Part shown: positions 18,928 to 28,241 of the stretch, piece after piece
Layout: each line of letters opens with the position of its first letter
Numbering within the stretch: the stretch's first letter is position 1
Source: a virus
Strand: one strand, 5' to 3'
IMG/VR virus record: IMGVR_UViG_3300021478_000022
Coordinates: 1 to 64,000 of that record
DNA: 64,000 bases
Notes under the pieces: model-generated
Told to the model about the DNA's origin: nothing
The model's input: only the letters and a program-made list of their open reading frames with translations
The model's database searches: none
Program-made: the position numbers and the translations under genes

Positions 18928-19140
18928 TTACCCGGCTGGCAAGTTTTCTGCCACACTCACGCGCGTATACTTCCCCCGTCGTGGACGCAAGGCGATGCAA
19001 TCCAGGTCGGCCGCGCGTACGATCCTCCGTCCGCCGATCATGGTGTAGGGGAGCAGCTCATTCTCACAGAGGCGCCATACCTGTGACCGCGACAGACCAC
19101 AGCGCGCCGCTACCTGCCCCGTCGTGAGCAGCTCATCCAC
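18928..19140 (-). CDS. Excisionase-like helix-turn-helix protein (HTH_17)
   Basis: LLTTGQVAARCGLSRSQVWRLC..LPY..IGGRRIV. Confidence 0.8.
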   Translation of the reverse strand: MDELLTTGQVAARCGLSRSQVWRLCENELLPYTMIGGRRIVRAADLDCIALRPRRGKYTRVSVAENLPAG

Positions 19141-19306
19141 CTTGCGACTCCTTCTTAGCCTTCGCCTCTCCCCCTTTGCGTGCGATGTCGCTACGCTGGC
19201 CCTTCGTCAGCGCGCGGGCGCGAGCCGGCCCGCCCTTCTTGCCACCCTTTGCCCCCAGCAGCTTCGCCGCTGCCGCCAGGGCTCCCTCTTTGCTTCGCTT
19301 CGGCAT
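19133..19306 (-). CDS. Small basic KGG-repeat (histone H1-like) protein, 57 aa
   Basis: Translated by hand: LLGAKGGKKGGPARARALTKGQRSDIARKGG; TAAGGAG RBS. Confidence 0.75.
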   Translation of the reverse strand: MPKRSKEGALAAAAKLLGAKGGKKGGPARARALTKGQRSDIARKGGEAKAKKESQGG

Positions 19307-19357
19307 GGTGTCTCCTTATAGCGTGGTTCTGCTTGAGCGCTCTTACGATGCCCTCGC

Positions 19358-19406
19358 ATTATAGACTGGGGAGATTGCTTGACCGTTCAAAAAACTCCCC
19401 TAAAAT
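19358..19406. promoter_or_regulatory. Divergent promoter region
   Basis: Plus strand TTGACC-N16-TAAAAT (19379-19406); minus strand TATAAT at 19358-19363. Confidence 0.5.
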
Positions 19407-19467
19407 AAAAATGCCCTGAACGGGTTGCGTCCGCTCAGAGCACACACCACAACGGGAGATATCCGTC

Positions 19468-19986
19468 ATGGCTACGGGCAATTCTATCGAAGGGTTTGTC
19501 TACTTCGTTCTTTCTGACGCTGGTTATTACAAAATCGGCAAGGCTCGCAATTGTCAGCAGAGGTTCATGAACCTTCAAGCAAGCACCACTATGGCACTGC
19601 GTATTGTCCACCAAATCGCCAGCAACGACGCGCTTTGGCTCGAAGCAAAATTCCACAGGTTCTTCGCATCCAAAAGACTCAAAGGTGAATGGTTCGACCT
19701 CAGCAGCGAGGACTTGGCGGCAGTGAAGACAATGAGGCACCATGACCGATTGCTGACTCACTCCAGAGACTTCGATGAAACAGAGTGGGGCGACACAGAG
19801 CCGATAGGCAACCATGCGGCCGCGCTGGGCAAGCGTGGCGGACTGAAAGGTGGCCCCGCCCGTGCTGCCATGCTGACTCCTGAGCAACGGTCGGAAATAG
19901 CTCGCAAGGGCGGACTGGCGCGAGCCAAGAAGTTGAGCACTTCTTTCCCTCCGCCTAGCTCGGACTTGATGCCACCACGAACGTGA
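19468..19986 (+). CDS. GIY-YIG (T5orf172-type) protein fused to a KGG-repeat tail
   Basis: FVYFV..YYKIG..R..LQ..E..H..GEWF; C-terminal LGKRGGLKGGPARA..LTPEQRSEIARKGG. Confidence 0.85.
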   Translation: MATGNSIEGFVYFVLSDAGYYKIGKARNCQQRFMNLQASTTMALRIVHQIASNDALWLEAKFHRFFASKRLKGEWFDLSSEDLAAVKTMRHHDRLLTHSRDFDETEWGDTEPIGNHAAALGKRGGLKGGPARAAMLTPEQRSEIARKGGLARAKKLSTSFPPPSSDLMPPRT

Positions 19987-20269
19987 TGGGTTTGCTGACT
20001 TGCGTGAGTCCGGTCGAGTCGGTCGCCTTCCAGGCCCTGACCCATTGGCCAGCCGGCGCCGCCACCGTCCACGCCACCCGTGCCACCCCGTCCGCACCGA
20101 TGGTCGCAGGGTAGGTATAGCTGTTCCCCTGCGAGTCGGTCATCAGCAGGCTGGCCAAGCCGCCCGCGAGGTTCCACGCTAGACCGTTCAGGTAGCCCAG
20201 GTGCACGAAGGTCTCGACACTGCCGATAGTGAGCGGCGCCAGTCCAGTAGTGACCAGGCCGACTTGCAT
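19955..20269 (-). CDS. Ig-like/BppU-like beta-sandwich protein, possibly structural
   Basis: Beta-rich 104 aa, WNLAG..A.L..D..G...GVA..W..G.W pattern. Confidence 0.4.
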   Translation of the reverse strand: MQVGLVTTGLAPLTIGSVETFVHLGYLNGLAWNLAGGLASLLMTDSQGNSYTYPATIGADGVARVAWTVAAPAGQWVRAWKATDSTGLTQVSKPITFVVASSPS

Positions 20270-20361
20270 CAGGGATACCTCACCACGTCCACGACCTGAC
20301 TCAGGTAGTACACCGTGTCCACGATGGGATTGCCCACACTGGCCGATGAGGATGATGCCAT
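20269..20361 (-). CDS. 30-aa peptide MASSSSASVGNPIVDTVYYLSQVVDVVRYP
   Basis: TGATG overlaps at both ends. Confidence 0.45.
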   Translation of the reverse strand: MASSSSASVGNPIVDTVYYLSQVVDVVRYP

Positions 20362-20573
20362 CAGTCTTTCACCTCTTGGCACACCACCGTGACGTAGTTG
20401 CCCGCCGCTTCGAGGGTGTGCTTCAGGGCCAGGATTTCCTTCTCAAGGAGCACGTCTAAGACCTCCAAGCCGGTTACCGTGTTCCTCCCCGTCTGCGGCT
20501 CGTGCACGAAGATGCTCGTCTTGCCGCTGGGCAGCTTCCTGGCGATGATCCGTGTCTCGGGCTTCTGTTTCAC
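20361..20573 (-). CDS. Hypothetical protein
   Basis: GGAG RBS; coupled to downstream ORF. Confidence 0.5.
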   Translation of the reverse strand: MKQKPETRIIARKLPSGKTSIFVHEPQTGRNTVTGLEVLDVLLEKEILALKHTLEAAGNYVTVVCQEVKD

Positions 20574-20687
20574 GTTGGCTCCTGCACTGACTGCGGCACT
20601 GGATGACCTTGCCGCGAATGTAGAACATCTGGGTCATTTGCACCGCTGTCATGCCTTCGTCGGTGCGTCCGCAGAGGTCGCAGTGAA

Positions 20688-20981
20688 TCATCGCAGTTTA
20701 ACCTTGGGCCTTCGGTGGCACACTGGTGCAGTTTCTGGTTCTTCCTCAGCTTCGTCTAGGTGCCCTTCCTCAGCAGCGCAACACTCGCAAATGATGAGTG
20801 GCCGATTGTCGCCGTATTCATCCGACGTCCTCTTGTACGAGTTGAGTCCTTCCATCAATTCGATCACCGCGCCGCATCCGTTCTCGCAGTAGATGGGCGC
20901 GAAGAACTCTGGGTGAGCGTACATCAATTCGTGCATTCGCCTGCTCATCGTCCCCTCCACCAGCGCCACAGCCGGCGCCAC
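20688..20981 (-). CDS. Hypothetical zinc-binding protein
   Basis: CENGC...ICECC. Confidence 0.45.
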   Translation of the reverse strand: MAPAVALVEGTMSRRMHELMYAHPEFFAPIYCENGCGAVIELMEGLNSYKRTSDEYGDNRPLIICECCAAEEGHLDEAEEEPETAPVCHRRPKVKLR

Positions 20982-21093
20982 CAGCGACTATGGGCCTTGT
21001 GCTGGGCCAGCATCCGCTTCGTGTCCTCGTTGAGCAACAGGACAGTGCCCTTGCCTATCTGCACTGTCTTGGGGGGCTGGCGCTTGAAGAACA

Positions 21094-22461
21094 TCACTTG
21101 TTCTCGTTGTCGACAATCGTGTCCACGATGGACAGTTCCAGGTCGCTACAGTGGGCCGGGAACGGGCTCTCCGGTGAAAACCGCACGTCCTTCACCAGAT
21201 CGTCACCAGGCACCCGCTGGCCCGCATATTCCGGCCCCTTCGTCAGCACGTCCGGCTGCAACATGCGGATGGCCTCGATGGGTTCTTGAGCGCTGAACGT
21301 GACCACCCAGTCCACCGCTTCCATGCTCTCCAGTATCTGCACCCGCTCTCCCTCCGACAACACAAAATCCGCAGGGCGCAGTGACCGTGCCGATTCGTCT
21401 GAGTTCACCCCCACCACCAGCACGTCCCCCTGCTGCTTCGCCCAGCGCATCAGCCACGCATGTCCCGCATGGGCGCCCAGCCTGAACACCCCATTGGTGA
21501 ACACGATGCGCTTACCCGGTAGGGACTCGCGCAGGTGGCGCAGGTCGGTGAAGTCGATGCGCTTGCTGCCGGTCATGTCCTTGCGGACCTCGAATGGGTA
21601 TGGCGGTCGATTGTGCTGGTGCTGCACGTAACAACGTCCTGCTGCGTGGGCCACCTGTGCGGCTTCTCCAAGTCCCAACCCGTGCGCTAGCCCAAGGACC
21701 AAATGCGCTGCGAAGCAATCGCCTGCCCCCACGTGGTTCCTGCAATGCACCGGCCCCGTCACAACAGGCTCAACAGTCCAGACGGAATCGTCAGGCCAAT
21801 GAATCGTCGGCACAAGTCCACCATGCGTCACGACACGTCGAATACCAAGCGTCTCCTTGTGGCAATCGTATTCACCATTGCACTTCAAGAGTGCCCCGTC
21901 GTATGTGATCGGCTTCTGCTTTGCGTCCGCCACCACAGGCATGCGCTGCACTGTGCATTCAGCGATGATGCGCTTTATCGTGTCGCGGTCCAAGAACCCC
22001 TTGTCGTAGTCCGAGATCAGCACCGCATCGAACCCCATCGTCCGCACGGCCTTCACGGTCAGGTCACGGATTTCGGTGAGTTCGGCAGTGGCCAATCCGT
22101 AGTTGGCTGACTCGTGGTCCCTCCGGAACACGATGCGGCCTGTTGCATCGTCGATGTAGCGGGTCTTGCGAATGTAATCGCGCGTGTGGTGGCAAAGACT
22201 GGCATCGAAAGCGGCGGGGTGCGAGCCGCGATGCCAAGACGCAATCAGGAAGGCATCCGCATTCCAGTGTGCCAACTGATGAGCAGCATTCGCGGCACCA
22301 CCCGGACAAACCGCCGACCGAGAAGCGATAAACTTCTGGCAGCCATCCTGAGATGGCTCAAGGCGACCGTGATAATACTCATCAACCATCGCGTCGCCGA
22401 TGACAGCGATCTTGAGCCGCTTCGCCCGGTCCCTCTCGGTCAGCTTCTGCACTGCGTCCAT
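21094..22461 (-). CDS. hldE: Bifunctional heptose-7-phosphate kinase / heptose-1-phosphate nucleotidyltransferase (HldE/RfaE-like)
   Basis: PfkB kinase: VIGDAMVDEY, PGGAAN, ISDYDKG, VGAGD; transferase: IVFTNG..HAGH, LVVGVNSDES, AVDWV, PDVLTKG. Confidence 0.88.
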   Translation of the reverse strand: MDAVQKLTERDRAKRLKIAVIGDAMVDEYYHGRLEPSQDGCQKFIASRSAVCPGGAANAAHQLAHWNADAFLIASWHRGSHPAAFDASLCHHTRDYIRKTRYIDDATGRIVFRRDHESANYGLATAELTEIRDLTVKAVRTMGFDAVLISDYDKGFLDRDTIKRIIAECTVQRMPVVADAKQKPITYDGALLKCNGEYDCHKETLGIRRVVTHGGLVPTIHWPDDSVWTVEPVVTGPVHCRNHVGAGDCFAAHLVLGLAHGLGLGEAAQVAHAAGRCYVQHQHNRPPYPFEVRKDMTGSKRIDFTDLRHLRESLPGKRIVFTNGVFRLGAHAGHAWLMRWAKQQGDVLVVGVNSDESARSLRPADFVLSEGERVQILESMEAVDWVVTFSAQEPIEAIRMLQPDVLTKGPEYAGQRVPGDDLVKDVRFSPESPFPAHCSDLELSIVDTIVDNENK

Positions 22462-22631
22462 TCTTCCTCCCTCTCGGCTCGCTCACGACACTCACTGTGC
22501 TCCCCCTGCTGCACGCGCAGCCGGGGCAATGGTACATCAGGGGGCCAGTCCATCTGCTGCTCGGACAGGCCGATCACACGCTTGCAGTAGCGGCAGACGA
22601 TCTTAACCCGCAGTGTTGCCGTTGGGCCCAT
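22440..22631 (-). CDS. Small zinc-ribbon protein
   Basis: IVCRYCK...H.EC. Confidence 0.45.
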   Translation of the reverse strand: MGPTATLRVKIVCRYCKRVIGLSEQQMDWPPDVPLPRLRVQQGEHSECRERAEREEEWTQCRS

Positions 22632-22800
22632 ACTTGTCCTCCGGGATGTCTGCCGTCATTTCCAGTTTCCACCGCTTCACCACCCGCCTGCCGTCCACGT
22701 ACAGCACCGGGAAAGACAGGCCGTCCTTGCCGATGCAGAACATCAGCGAGTAGTGGTGCATCTCACGCTGGAGGATCGGATGGCCGTCAACGGTTAGCAT
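22603..22800 (-). CDS. Hypothetical protein
   Basis: Coupled ORF. Confidence 0.45.
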   Translation of the reverse strand: MLTVDGHPILQREMHHYSLMFCIGKDGLSFPVLYVDGRRVVKRWKLEMTADIPEDKYGPNGNTAG

Positions 22801-23147
22801 AGCGCCCTCTTCAAGAGTTCAAACACGGCACCACTCTCGATGTCCTGTGGAGTGCATCGCAGCACCAGCCACCCTGCGAGCTGCGCCTCGTTCATCTTCT
22901 CCATGTCGCTGATGAAACCCTTACCGCGCACGTGCCTCCCGCTCGTCCACACCCCACCATCGACCTCCAACGCAACCCGTCTAAACGCTTCGTGGTAGTG
23001 CTGCCCCCAAGCAAAGTCGAACCGCCACTGCCTGACCTCGTGGAATCTTACCTCACGATCAGGCTTCTTTATCCCATGCGCCAAGCACATCGCCTCGAAC
23101 ATGGGGTACGGTTTGCCGAAGGTCGTTTTCGCTCGTGCTGGCATCAT
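22794..23147 (-). CDS. PD-(D/E)xK endonuclease (DUF559/Vsr-like)
   Basis: EVRFH..RQWRFDFAW..VALEVDGGVW..RH..D.EK.N.AQ..GW.VLR. Confidence 0.85.
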   Translation of the reverse strand: MMPARAKTTFGKPYPMFEAMCLAHGIKKPDREVRFHEVRQWRFDFAWGQHYHEAFRRVALEVDGGVWTSGRHVRGKGFISDMEKMNEAQLAGWLVLRCTPQDIESGAVFELLKRALC

Positions 23148-23500
23148 CCATCCCTCCGCACTTCCAACCCCCTGCGCGTCCGCAGCAGACGGTAGATTTC
23201 CAGTTCCACCTGCTCCGGTGTGCGCCCCTCACGTCCCGCCACAATCTCCAGCAACTTTGCCTTGGGCAGGGTCCCCGCCTCTGCCTTGATGTGGCAAGCG
23301 CAATCGAAGGCCGACCCCAGAGCGATGAGGTTGATGGGGATGTCTAGACGACTGCCACCGCCCAGCCCGCGCTTCTTGATGTGGTGCGGCTCACGACGAC
23401 GGCAGGGCTTGCCGCAACCTTCGCATCGGCCGGGGCCTCGAAAGAGGTCGAGCATGGGTTCGTCTATGACGATCATCAGGCCCATCCTGTTCCGCCGCAT
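23144..23500 (-). CDS. HNH-like nuclease (recombination-associated)
   Basis: CEGCG..EPHHI..RG.GG..NLIAL..CH. Confidence 0.7.
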   Translation of the reverse strand: MRRNRMGLMIVIDEPMLDLFRGPGRCEGCGKPCRRREPHHIKKRGLGGGSRLDIPINLIALGSAFDCACHIKAEAGTLPKAKLLEIVAGREGRTPEQVELEIYRLLRTRRGLEVRRDG

Positions 23501-23651
23501 TCGGGGCAGTCAAAACAAATACGACCGTTGCCTTCCCACGCACACGTCGTTTGCCCGGTGCCATCACAGAAGTCGCATTCGATCAGCATTTCGTATTCTT
23601 CTGGTTGGTCGGGCGGGTCATCGTATTCCGGTGGACGCTCCCATGCCTCGT

Positions 23652-23897
23652 TCATTTCTTCCTCCAAGCCGCTTGCTTCTCAGGGCACCAGTTCTCGGGC
23701 GCATGGTTTTTCTTGCAGTAGTAGCACCTTTTGTTGTTCCGATGCCGTGCCGCGACCTTCTCTTTAATGTGCTCGATGGCGTGGTGCAAATCGGCCCAGT
23801 CCTCTTCCGTCCAGTCGTTGGCATCGCGCGGCAGCCCCTCGACGGTCATTCGCTTCTGGTTCTCACGCCGCGCAGCCTTTTCCTTCATGCCGTTCAT
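23652..23897 (-). CDS. Hypothetical protein, paralog of 38653-38832
   Basis: EGLPRDANDWTEEDWADLH shared motif. Confidence 0.6.
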   Translation of the reverse strand: MNGMKEKAARRENQKRMTVEGLPRDANDWTEEDWADLHHAIEHIKEKVAARHRNNKRCYYCKKNHAPENWCPEKQAAWRKK

Positions 23898-23900
23898 TGG

Positions 23901-24086
23901 TCAATCCTTCAGGATTTTCAGGCTGAATTGCAGGCCCAGCGTCTTGAGCAACTGCCGTTTCAGGTTAGGCGAATCGAACTGCTCCTGCGTGACATCGTAC
24001 ATGGCTTTGATTAGCTGATCCACCGTCGCCCTTTGCGCGAAGACGTGCAGCTTCAAGACCAGTTCTTCCGGGGTCGGTGCGTTCAT
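23901..24086 (-). CDS. Hypothetical protein
   Basis: Coupled ORF. Confidence 0.5.
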   Translation of the reverse strand: MNAPTPEELVLKLHVFAQRATVDQLIKAMYDVTQEQFDSPNLKRQLLKTLGLQFSLKILKD

Positions 24087-24415
24087 CCCGCAATCCTCTT
24101 GGCCAGTCGGTCCTGCATCTCCGCCAGCCCATCCATGCGCTTCTCCAGCACGTCCAGATCCTTGTGCACCTGATCCACCAGCGACCGCACTTCCGCTGCC
24201 GTCTCGCGTGCCTGCGCCTGGACGCTGCTCAGCACAACCATGATCCTTGAGGTGCAGTCCTCCACGGCGGACAAGTCGAAGACCTTGCCCAGGGCCTCGC
24301 GTAGCTGCTCCGGGTGCAGTTCCGCAGCGATGCCGATGACCACGGTCAGCACCTCGGATAGCTGGCGCTGGTTGGCCTTGCAGGCTGCCAAGAGGAGGTC
24401 GTCTTGAGCGGTCAT
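24083..24415 (-). CDS. Coiled-coil hypothetical protein
   Basis: MTAQDD start overlaps helicase stop. Confidence 0.55.
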   Translation of the reverse strand: MTAQDDLLLAACKANQRQLSEVLTVVIGIAAELHPEQLREALGKVFDLSAVEDCTSRIMVVLSSVQAQARETAAEVRSLVDQVHKDLDVLEKRMDGLAEMQDRLAKRIAG

Positions 24416-26022
24416 GCGCGCTTTCGCCTCACGTACTGCGGGAACAACTCTGCCACAGGCGTTTTCCATTGTCCGCGTGCTGGCACGTTCGGCAGGTTCC
24501 GTACTTCCCACGGCATGACGCCAAACTCCTTCTTGAACATCTGCGCCGCCATGCCAGGAGTCCGCCCCATGTTCGCAGAAATGGCCATGCACCTGTGCCA
24601 TTCTCGCACCATAGCCTCATGCACCACCATTTCGTTCTCGCCGCCGCTGACCTCAACAAGCTGTCCGTTCTGCACGGCCTCCCTCTTGGCTTGCCTTGTT
24701 TGCTCGGACAGCTTGTGGCCGCAAGCCGGGCAAACCAGCCCGGAGAAGATGGCGTGGCACTTAGGGCAATGCACGAGACCTGCCCTGCCGTCCTTGGGCT
24801 TCACCCTGTCCTGTATCTTCTCCCCTTCCTTCAGTTGCCAGTCAATGTCAGCATCGGGAAGCCCGTGGACGTAGACATTCCCGGAATGGTCAATCAGGAT
24901 CGCATCGGTCTTGCCATCCGCTGGGCGTTGGATTCGTCCAGCACGCTGGCGGAACTTGACGTAGCTCTTGGTCGGACCAGCGTCGATGCAGCACGAGGCG
25001 ATGGGACAATCGTAGCCCAAGGTGAGCACGTTGCAGTTCACCAGGATCATCGTGTCGCCCATGCTGAACCGCTCCAAGATGGCGTCCCGTTCTTCGTCAG
25101 GCGTCTTGCCGTCGAGGTGCTCCGCTTTGATCCCGGCTGCGAGAAACTGGTCGCGAATGTGCAGGCTGTGCTCGATGCCGCTGGCAAACGCTATCGTCTT
25201 GCGACCTGCCGCCAGTCGCTTCCAATGCTCCACGATGTCGCCCACCAACTTGGGCTGATCCATCCGCTTCTCTAGAGGTCGTGGCGCGTAGTCTCCAGTC
25301 GCCTTGGAGGTCGGCACGCCCTTTAAGTCCGGCCTGTAGGGGGCAAAGACCTTCGTCGGCACAAGGTAGCCGTCTGCAATCAGCTTGGACGTCGGCACGG
25401 CCTGCACCATCCCCTTGTAGGCCATGCCCAGCGGCTTACCGTCCCCGCGCGCCGGCGTGGCGGTCAAACCGATCACCACGGCATTGGGGAAATGCTTGAG
25501 GAGGAAGAACCACGTCTTACTCAGGCTCAGGTGGCATTCGTCCGCGATGATGAGGTCGAACGCTGGCAGCGGGATGGCTAGTTGCTCCAACCGCTGGATC
25601 TGCTCTCTGGCCTTTTCGGTGAAGTGCATCTCCAGATCGGTCGCCCCTTCAATCGCCTTCTCTATGGCTTTGATCCGGCCGGGCAGCCGGAAGGCACGCG
25701 AGATGAGCGTGTCCTTGCTGGCCACCTGCACCAGCTTGTCGAGATTGTAACCGTGGCCAGCCATGATGATGCCGTGCTCGACGTCGAACCGGCTGAGCTT
25801 GTCCGAGCACTGGTGAATGAGTTCGCGGGACGGAGCCAGGAACAGGCAGCGCTTGCCCTTGTCGGCGCACCCCTTGATGAGCATAGCTGCCATCACCGTC
25901 TTGCCGGCCCCTGTCGCTGCTTGCAAGATGACCCACTTCTCCAGGCGCCGCTGGATCAAGTCGGCCAGAACCCGCCGCACCCGCTCGACGGTATCGACCT
26001 GATAAAAGCGTGGGACGATCAC
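24412..26022 (-). CDS. SF2 DEAD/DEAH helicase (RadD/YejH-like) with C-terminal zinc finger
   Basis: ATGAGKT, DECH, TATP, LTLGYD, QRAGRIQR; CPKC..CPACG. Confidence 0.92.
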   Translation of the reverse strand: MIVPRFYQVDTVERVRRVLADLIQRRLEKWVILQAATGAGKTVMAAMLIKGCADKGKRCLFLAPSRELIHQCSDKLSRFDVEHGIIMAGHGYNLDKLVQVASKDTLISRAFRLPGRIKAIEKAIEGATDLEMHFTEKAREQIQRLEQLAIPLPAFDLIIADECHLSLSKTWFFLLKHFPNAVVIGLTATPARGDGKPLGMAYKGMVQAVPTSKLIADGYLVPTKVFAPYRPDLKGVPTSKATGDYAPRPLEKRMDQPKLVGDIVEHWKRLAAGRKTIAFASGIEHSLHIRDQFLAAGIKAEHLDGKTPDEERDAILERFSMGDTMILVNCNVLTLGYDCPIASCCIDAGPTKSYVKFRQRAGRIQRPADGKTDAILIDHSGNVYVHGLPDADIDWQLKEGEKIQDRVKPKDGRAGLVHCPKCHAIFSGLVCPACGHKLSEQTRQAKREAVQNGQLVEVSGGENEMVVHEAMVREWHRCMAISANMGRTPGMAAQMFKKEFGVMPWEVRNLPNVPARGQWKTPVAELFPQYVRRKRA

Positions 26023-26894
26023 GGCATGGCCTCCAGTTCCACGTCTCTCCACTGCGGGACAAATCCGCAGTTCCTGCACTCCCCACACCCTTTCCCTTCA
26101 CACTTGCGATGCACGCAAAATGGCTTGCACAGACCAAGATGCCGTGCCGCCGTCTCTAGTGCCGGGACGATCTCGCTCAGGAGCGCCCACGGGTACAGTG
26201 TCTGATTGTTCTTGAGGTGCTTGACCCATGACTCCAGGCGATCAACGCAATCGCTCAGGAAGGGGTCGCCAAACGTGTCGCGGAGCTTCTTGGGCAAAGT
26301 GTAGCCCTTGGCGTCTCGCGCCTCCTCAGCGGCCTTCTGGGCGGTTTCCTCGGCCTCTGTAGGAGGTTCCCAGGATTCACCCGCATCGGGAGGAACGTGT
26401 ACCTTTTTGGGTGCCTTTTTCGCCTTTTGGTGCACTCCGTTGGTGCCCACTACGGTGCCGTTTTTAGGCGCAGGTGCGCACCCCCCCTGCGCACCCACAA
26501 GTTGAAGATCATTACGTACTTGCGACTCGCTGATTTTTTCGGCTTTGGCGATAACCCGCAAGCTTTCGCCATTCCGTCGCCGCGCGGCTACTCGCTCAAC
26601 CCGCGCCTGTTTTTCAGCGTCCGTTTGGTGCCTCCGGTCATCGTTCAGGCTTTCAGCCATCGCTATGGCTTCCGTCTCGGTGCCGACAAAGTGAACCGTT
26701 GGGAATGTCTGACCCAATTCCCCACACAACTCGACACGATGCTTGCCGTCGATGCACCAGACTGAACCATCATTGGGGTTCTTCCACAATACCACCGGCA
26801 TACGGCACTGAAGTTTTTTGATGGAAGCCTTGAGCTTGGCTCGCTGCTGGGGAAGAAGTGGGTCAAACGTCGCGCAGATGGGGTGAAACTGCAT
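26019..26894 (-). CDS. ParB-like N-terminal domain protein with HTH
   Basis: LKASIK..PVVLW..IDGKHR..C; SLNDDRRH; SLRVIAKAEKISESQV. Confidence 0.75.
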   Translation of the reverse strand: MQFHPICATFDPLLPQQRAKLKASIKKLQCRMPVVLWKNPNDGSVWCIDGKHRVELCGELGQTFPTVHFVGTETEAIAMAESLNDDRRHQTDAEKQARVERVAARRRNGESLRVIAKAEKISESQVRNDLQLVGAQGGCAPAPKNGTVVGTNGVHQKAKKAPKKVHVPPDAGESWEPPTEAEETAQKAAEEARDAKGYTLPKKLRDTFGDPFLSDCVDRLESWVKHLKNNQTLYPWALLSEIVPALETAARHLGLCKPFCVHRKCEGKGCGECRNCGFVPQWRDVELEAMP

Positions 26895-27034
26895 CGCATT
26901 CCCTCGCAAGAAAGAGACGCGCGCCCCTGGTTCAATCCGACCTGGCAGGGAAAGATGTGCCAGCGGGCGCGCGTGTTTCGTGTTGTTTCGACCTGCCAAG
27001 TGAAAGAGGAGTATCACCGCAGGCATCACCCATG

Positions 27035-27145
27035 TCAAACAGAATCTTCATCATCCTCGGGCCACGGCAGACCCAGCCCGGCGACCTTGTAGATCGCCCA
27101 CACGATGAAGGCCGCGATCAATGCAAGGCCCATGATGCAGTCCAT
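27035..27145 (-). CDS. Small membrane peptide
   Basis: MDCIMGLALIAAFIVWAIYKV; GGAGG RBS. Confidence 0.5.
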   Translation of the reverse strand: MDCIMGLALIAAFIVWAIYKVAGLGLPWPEDDEDSV

Positions 27146-27158
27146 TGCCAGACCTCCG

Positions 27159-28241
27159 CTAAGCCACCGCGCTGAACACCTTCAGGTTCTGGTCGAACGT
27201 CAGTCCCTGCTCGGACGCCAGCGACTCGAATGCGCCCCACACCGCCTTGGCCAGCACCGGCTGGTAGTCTCCGGGGACAGTCTTGGCCAGCGCATTGAGC
27301 GCGTCCAAATCCTGGCAGGTGGTCAGCGCCTTGTTCCACTTGGCCATCACTTCGCCCGCATCGTACTTGACCGGCTTGGCCTCTTCCTTGGGGAGGAGCC
27401 CCCGGACGTGCAGGATGCACTTGCCTAGTGCTTCGGCCGGGAACTCCATCCACGATTCGGCCTTAGCCTTGGCCTTCCACCGCTCCAGCGTCTCCTCGGG
27501 GATCTTGACCACTTCGAGGAGGTCGGTGAGTTCCTTGACCTGCTCAGGGCTCGCCATGACGATCTCCTGGCGCACGCCCTCCAGAGGGTAGCCGTGGATC
27601 TTGACGAAGTTCTCCAAGGTGAACGGGAACCGCGCCGGGACCTTGCCCCGAGCGTCCTCCGGGTCCCTGCGCCACTTGAACACGCGGCATTCCTTCGGGA
27701 AGTGATCGAGGTTGCCGTCGTTGTAGACGTGCAGTACCTGCATGAAGTCCGCTTCGATCTTCTTCGCGGCGTCCGCTTGATCGCCGACCACCTTCTCATC
27801 TTCCCACTTGCCCTTGAGGTGTGCCGTGCAGATCAGATGGAAGTCGCCCCAGCGCACCAGCTCCCTGACCTTTCGCCATTCCTTGGCTGCTTTGTCTCCG
27901 GCAGCCCCGAAGTCTTTAATCATCTTCGGATTGTGCCGGATCACCGCCTCTTGATGCAGCGTGCTCAGGTGGTCGATGGCCACGGTGGTCATCTTAGCCA
28001 TCTGGCCCCGGCGCTTGCCCATCTCCTCGATCACGTCGATGTAGGACCCCACCTCGACCCGCACTGACCCGTTCCGTGCGATGCGGGCGTCAGCGTAGGC
28101 CAGTCCCCCTCCGATGTCGGTGTCGAAGATTAGCGCGTTCTTGAGGCAGGCGACGTTGAAGGACTTGCCACTGCCCGATTCGCCGGCCCAGAGGGCAATG
28201 ACACGCTCGGGCTTCACCACAGGTTCTTGCTTTTTCGTCAT
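27159..28241 (-). CDS. AAA/RecA-like recombination ATPase (Sak4/AAA_24-like)
   Basis: Walker A GESGSGKS, IFDTD, Walker B VAIDHLS, ICTAH. Confidence 0.8.
   Translation of the reverse strand: MTKKQEPVVKPERVIALWAGESGSGKSFNVACLKNALIFDTDIGGGLAYADARIARNGSVRVEVGSYIDVIEEMGKRRGQMAKMTTVAIDHLSTLHQEAVIRHNPKMIKDFGAAGDKAAKEWRKVRELVRWGDFHLICTAHLKGKWEDEKVVGDQADAAKKIEADFMQVLHVYNDGNLDHFPKECRVFKWRRDPEDARGKVPARFPFTLENFVKIHGYPLEGVRQEIVMASPEQVKELTDLLEVVKIPEETLERWKAKAKAESWMEFPAEALGKCILHVRGLLPKEEAKPVKYDAGEVMAKWNKALTTCQDLDALNALAKTVPGDYQPVLAKAVWGAFESLASEQGLTFDQNLKVFSAVA

Noticed and set aside
18928-19140. Xis-like gene as evidence of an integrated prophage
   Set aside because: No integrase, att site or host genes visible in the window
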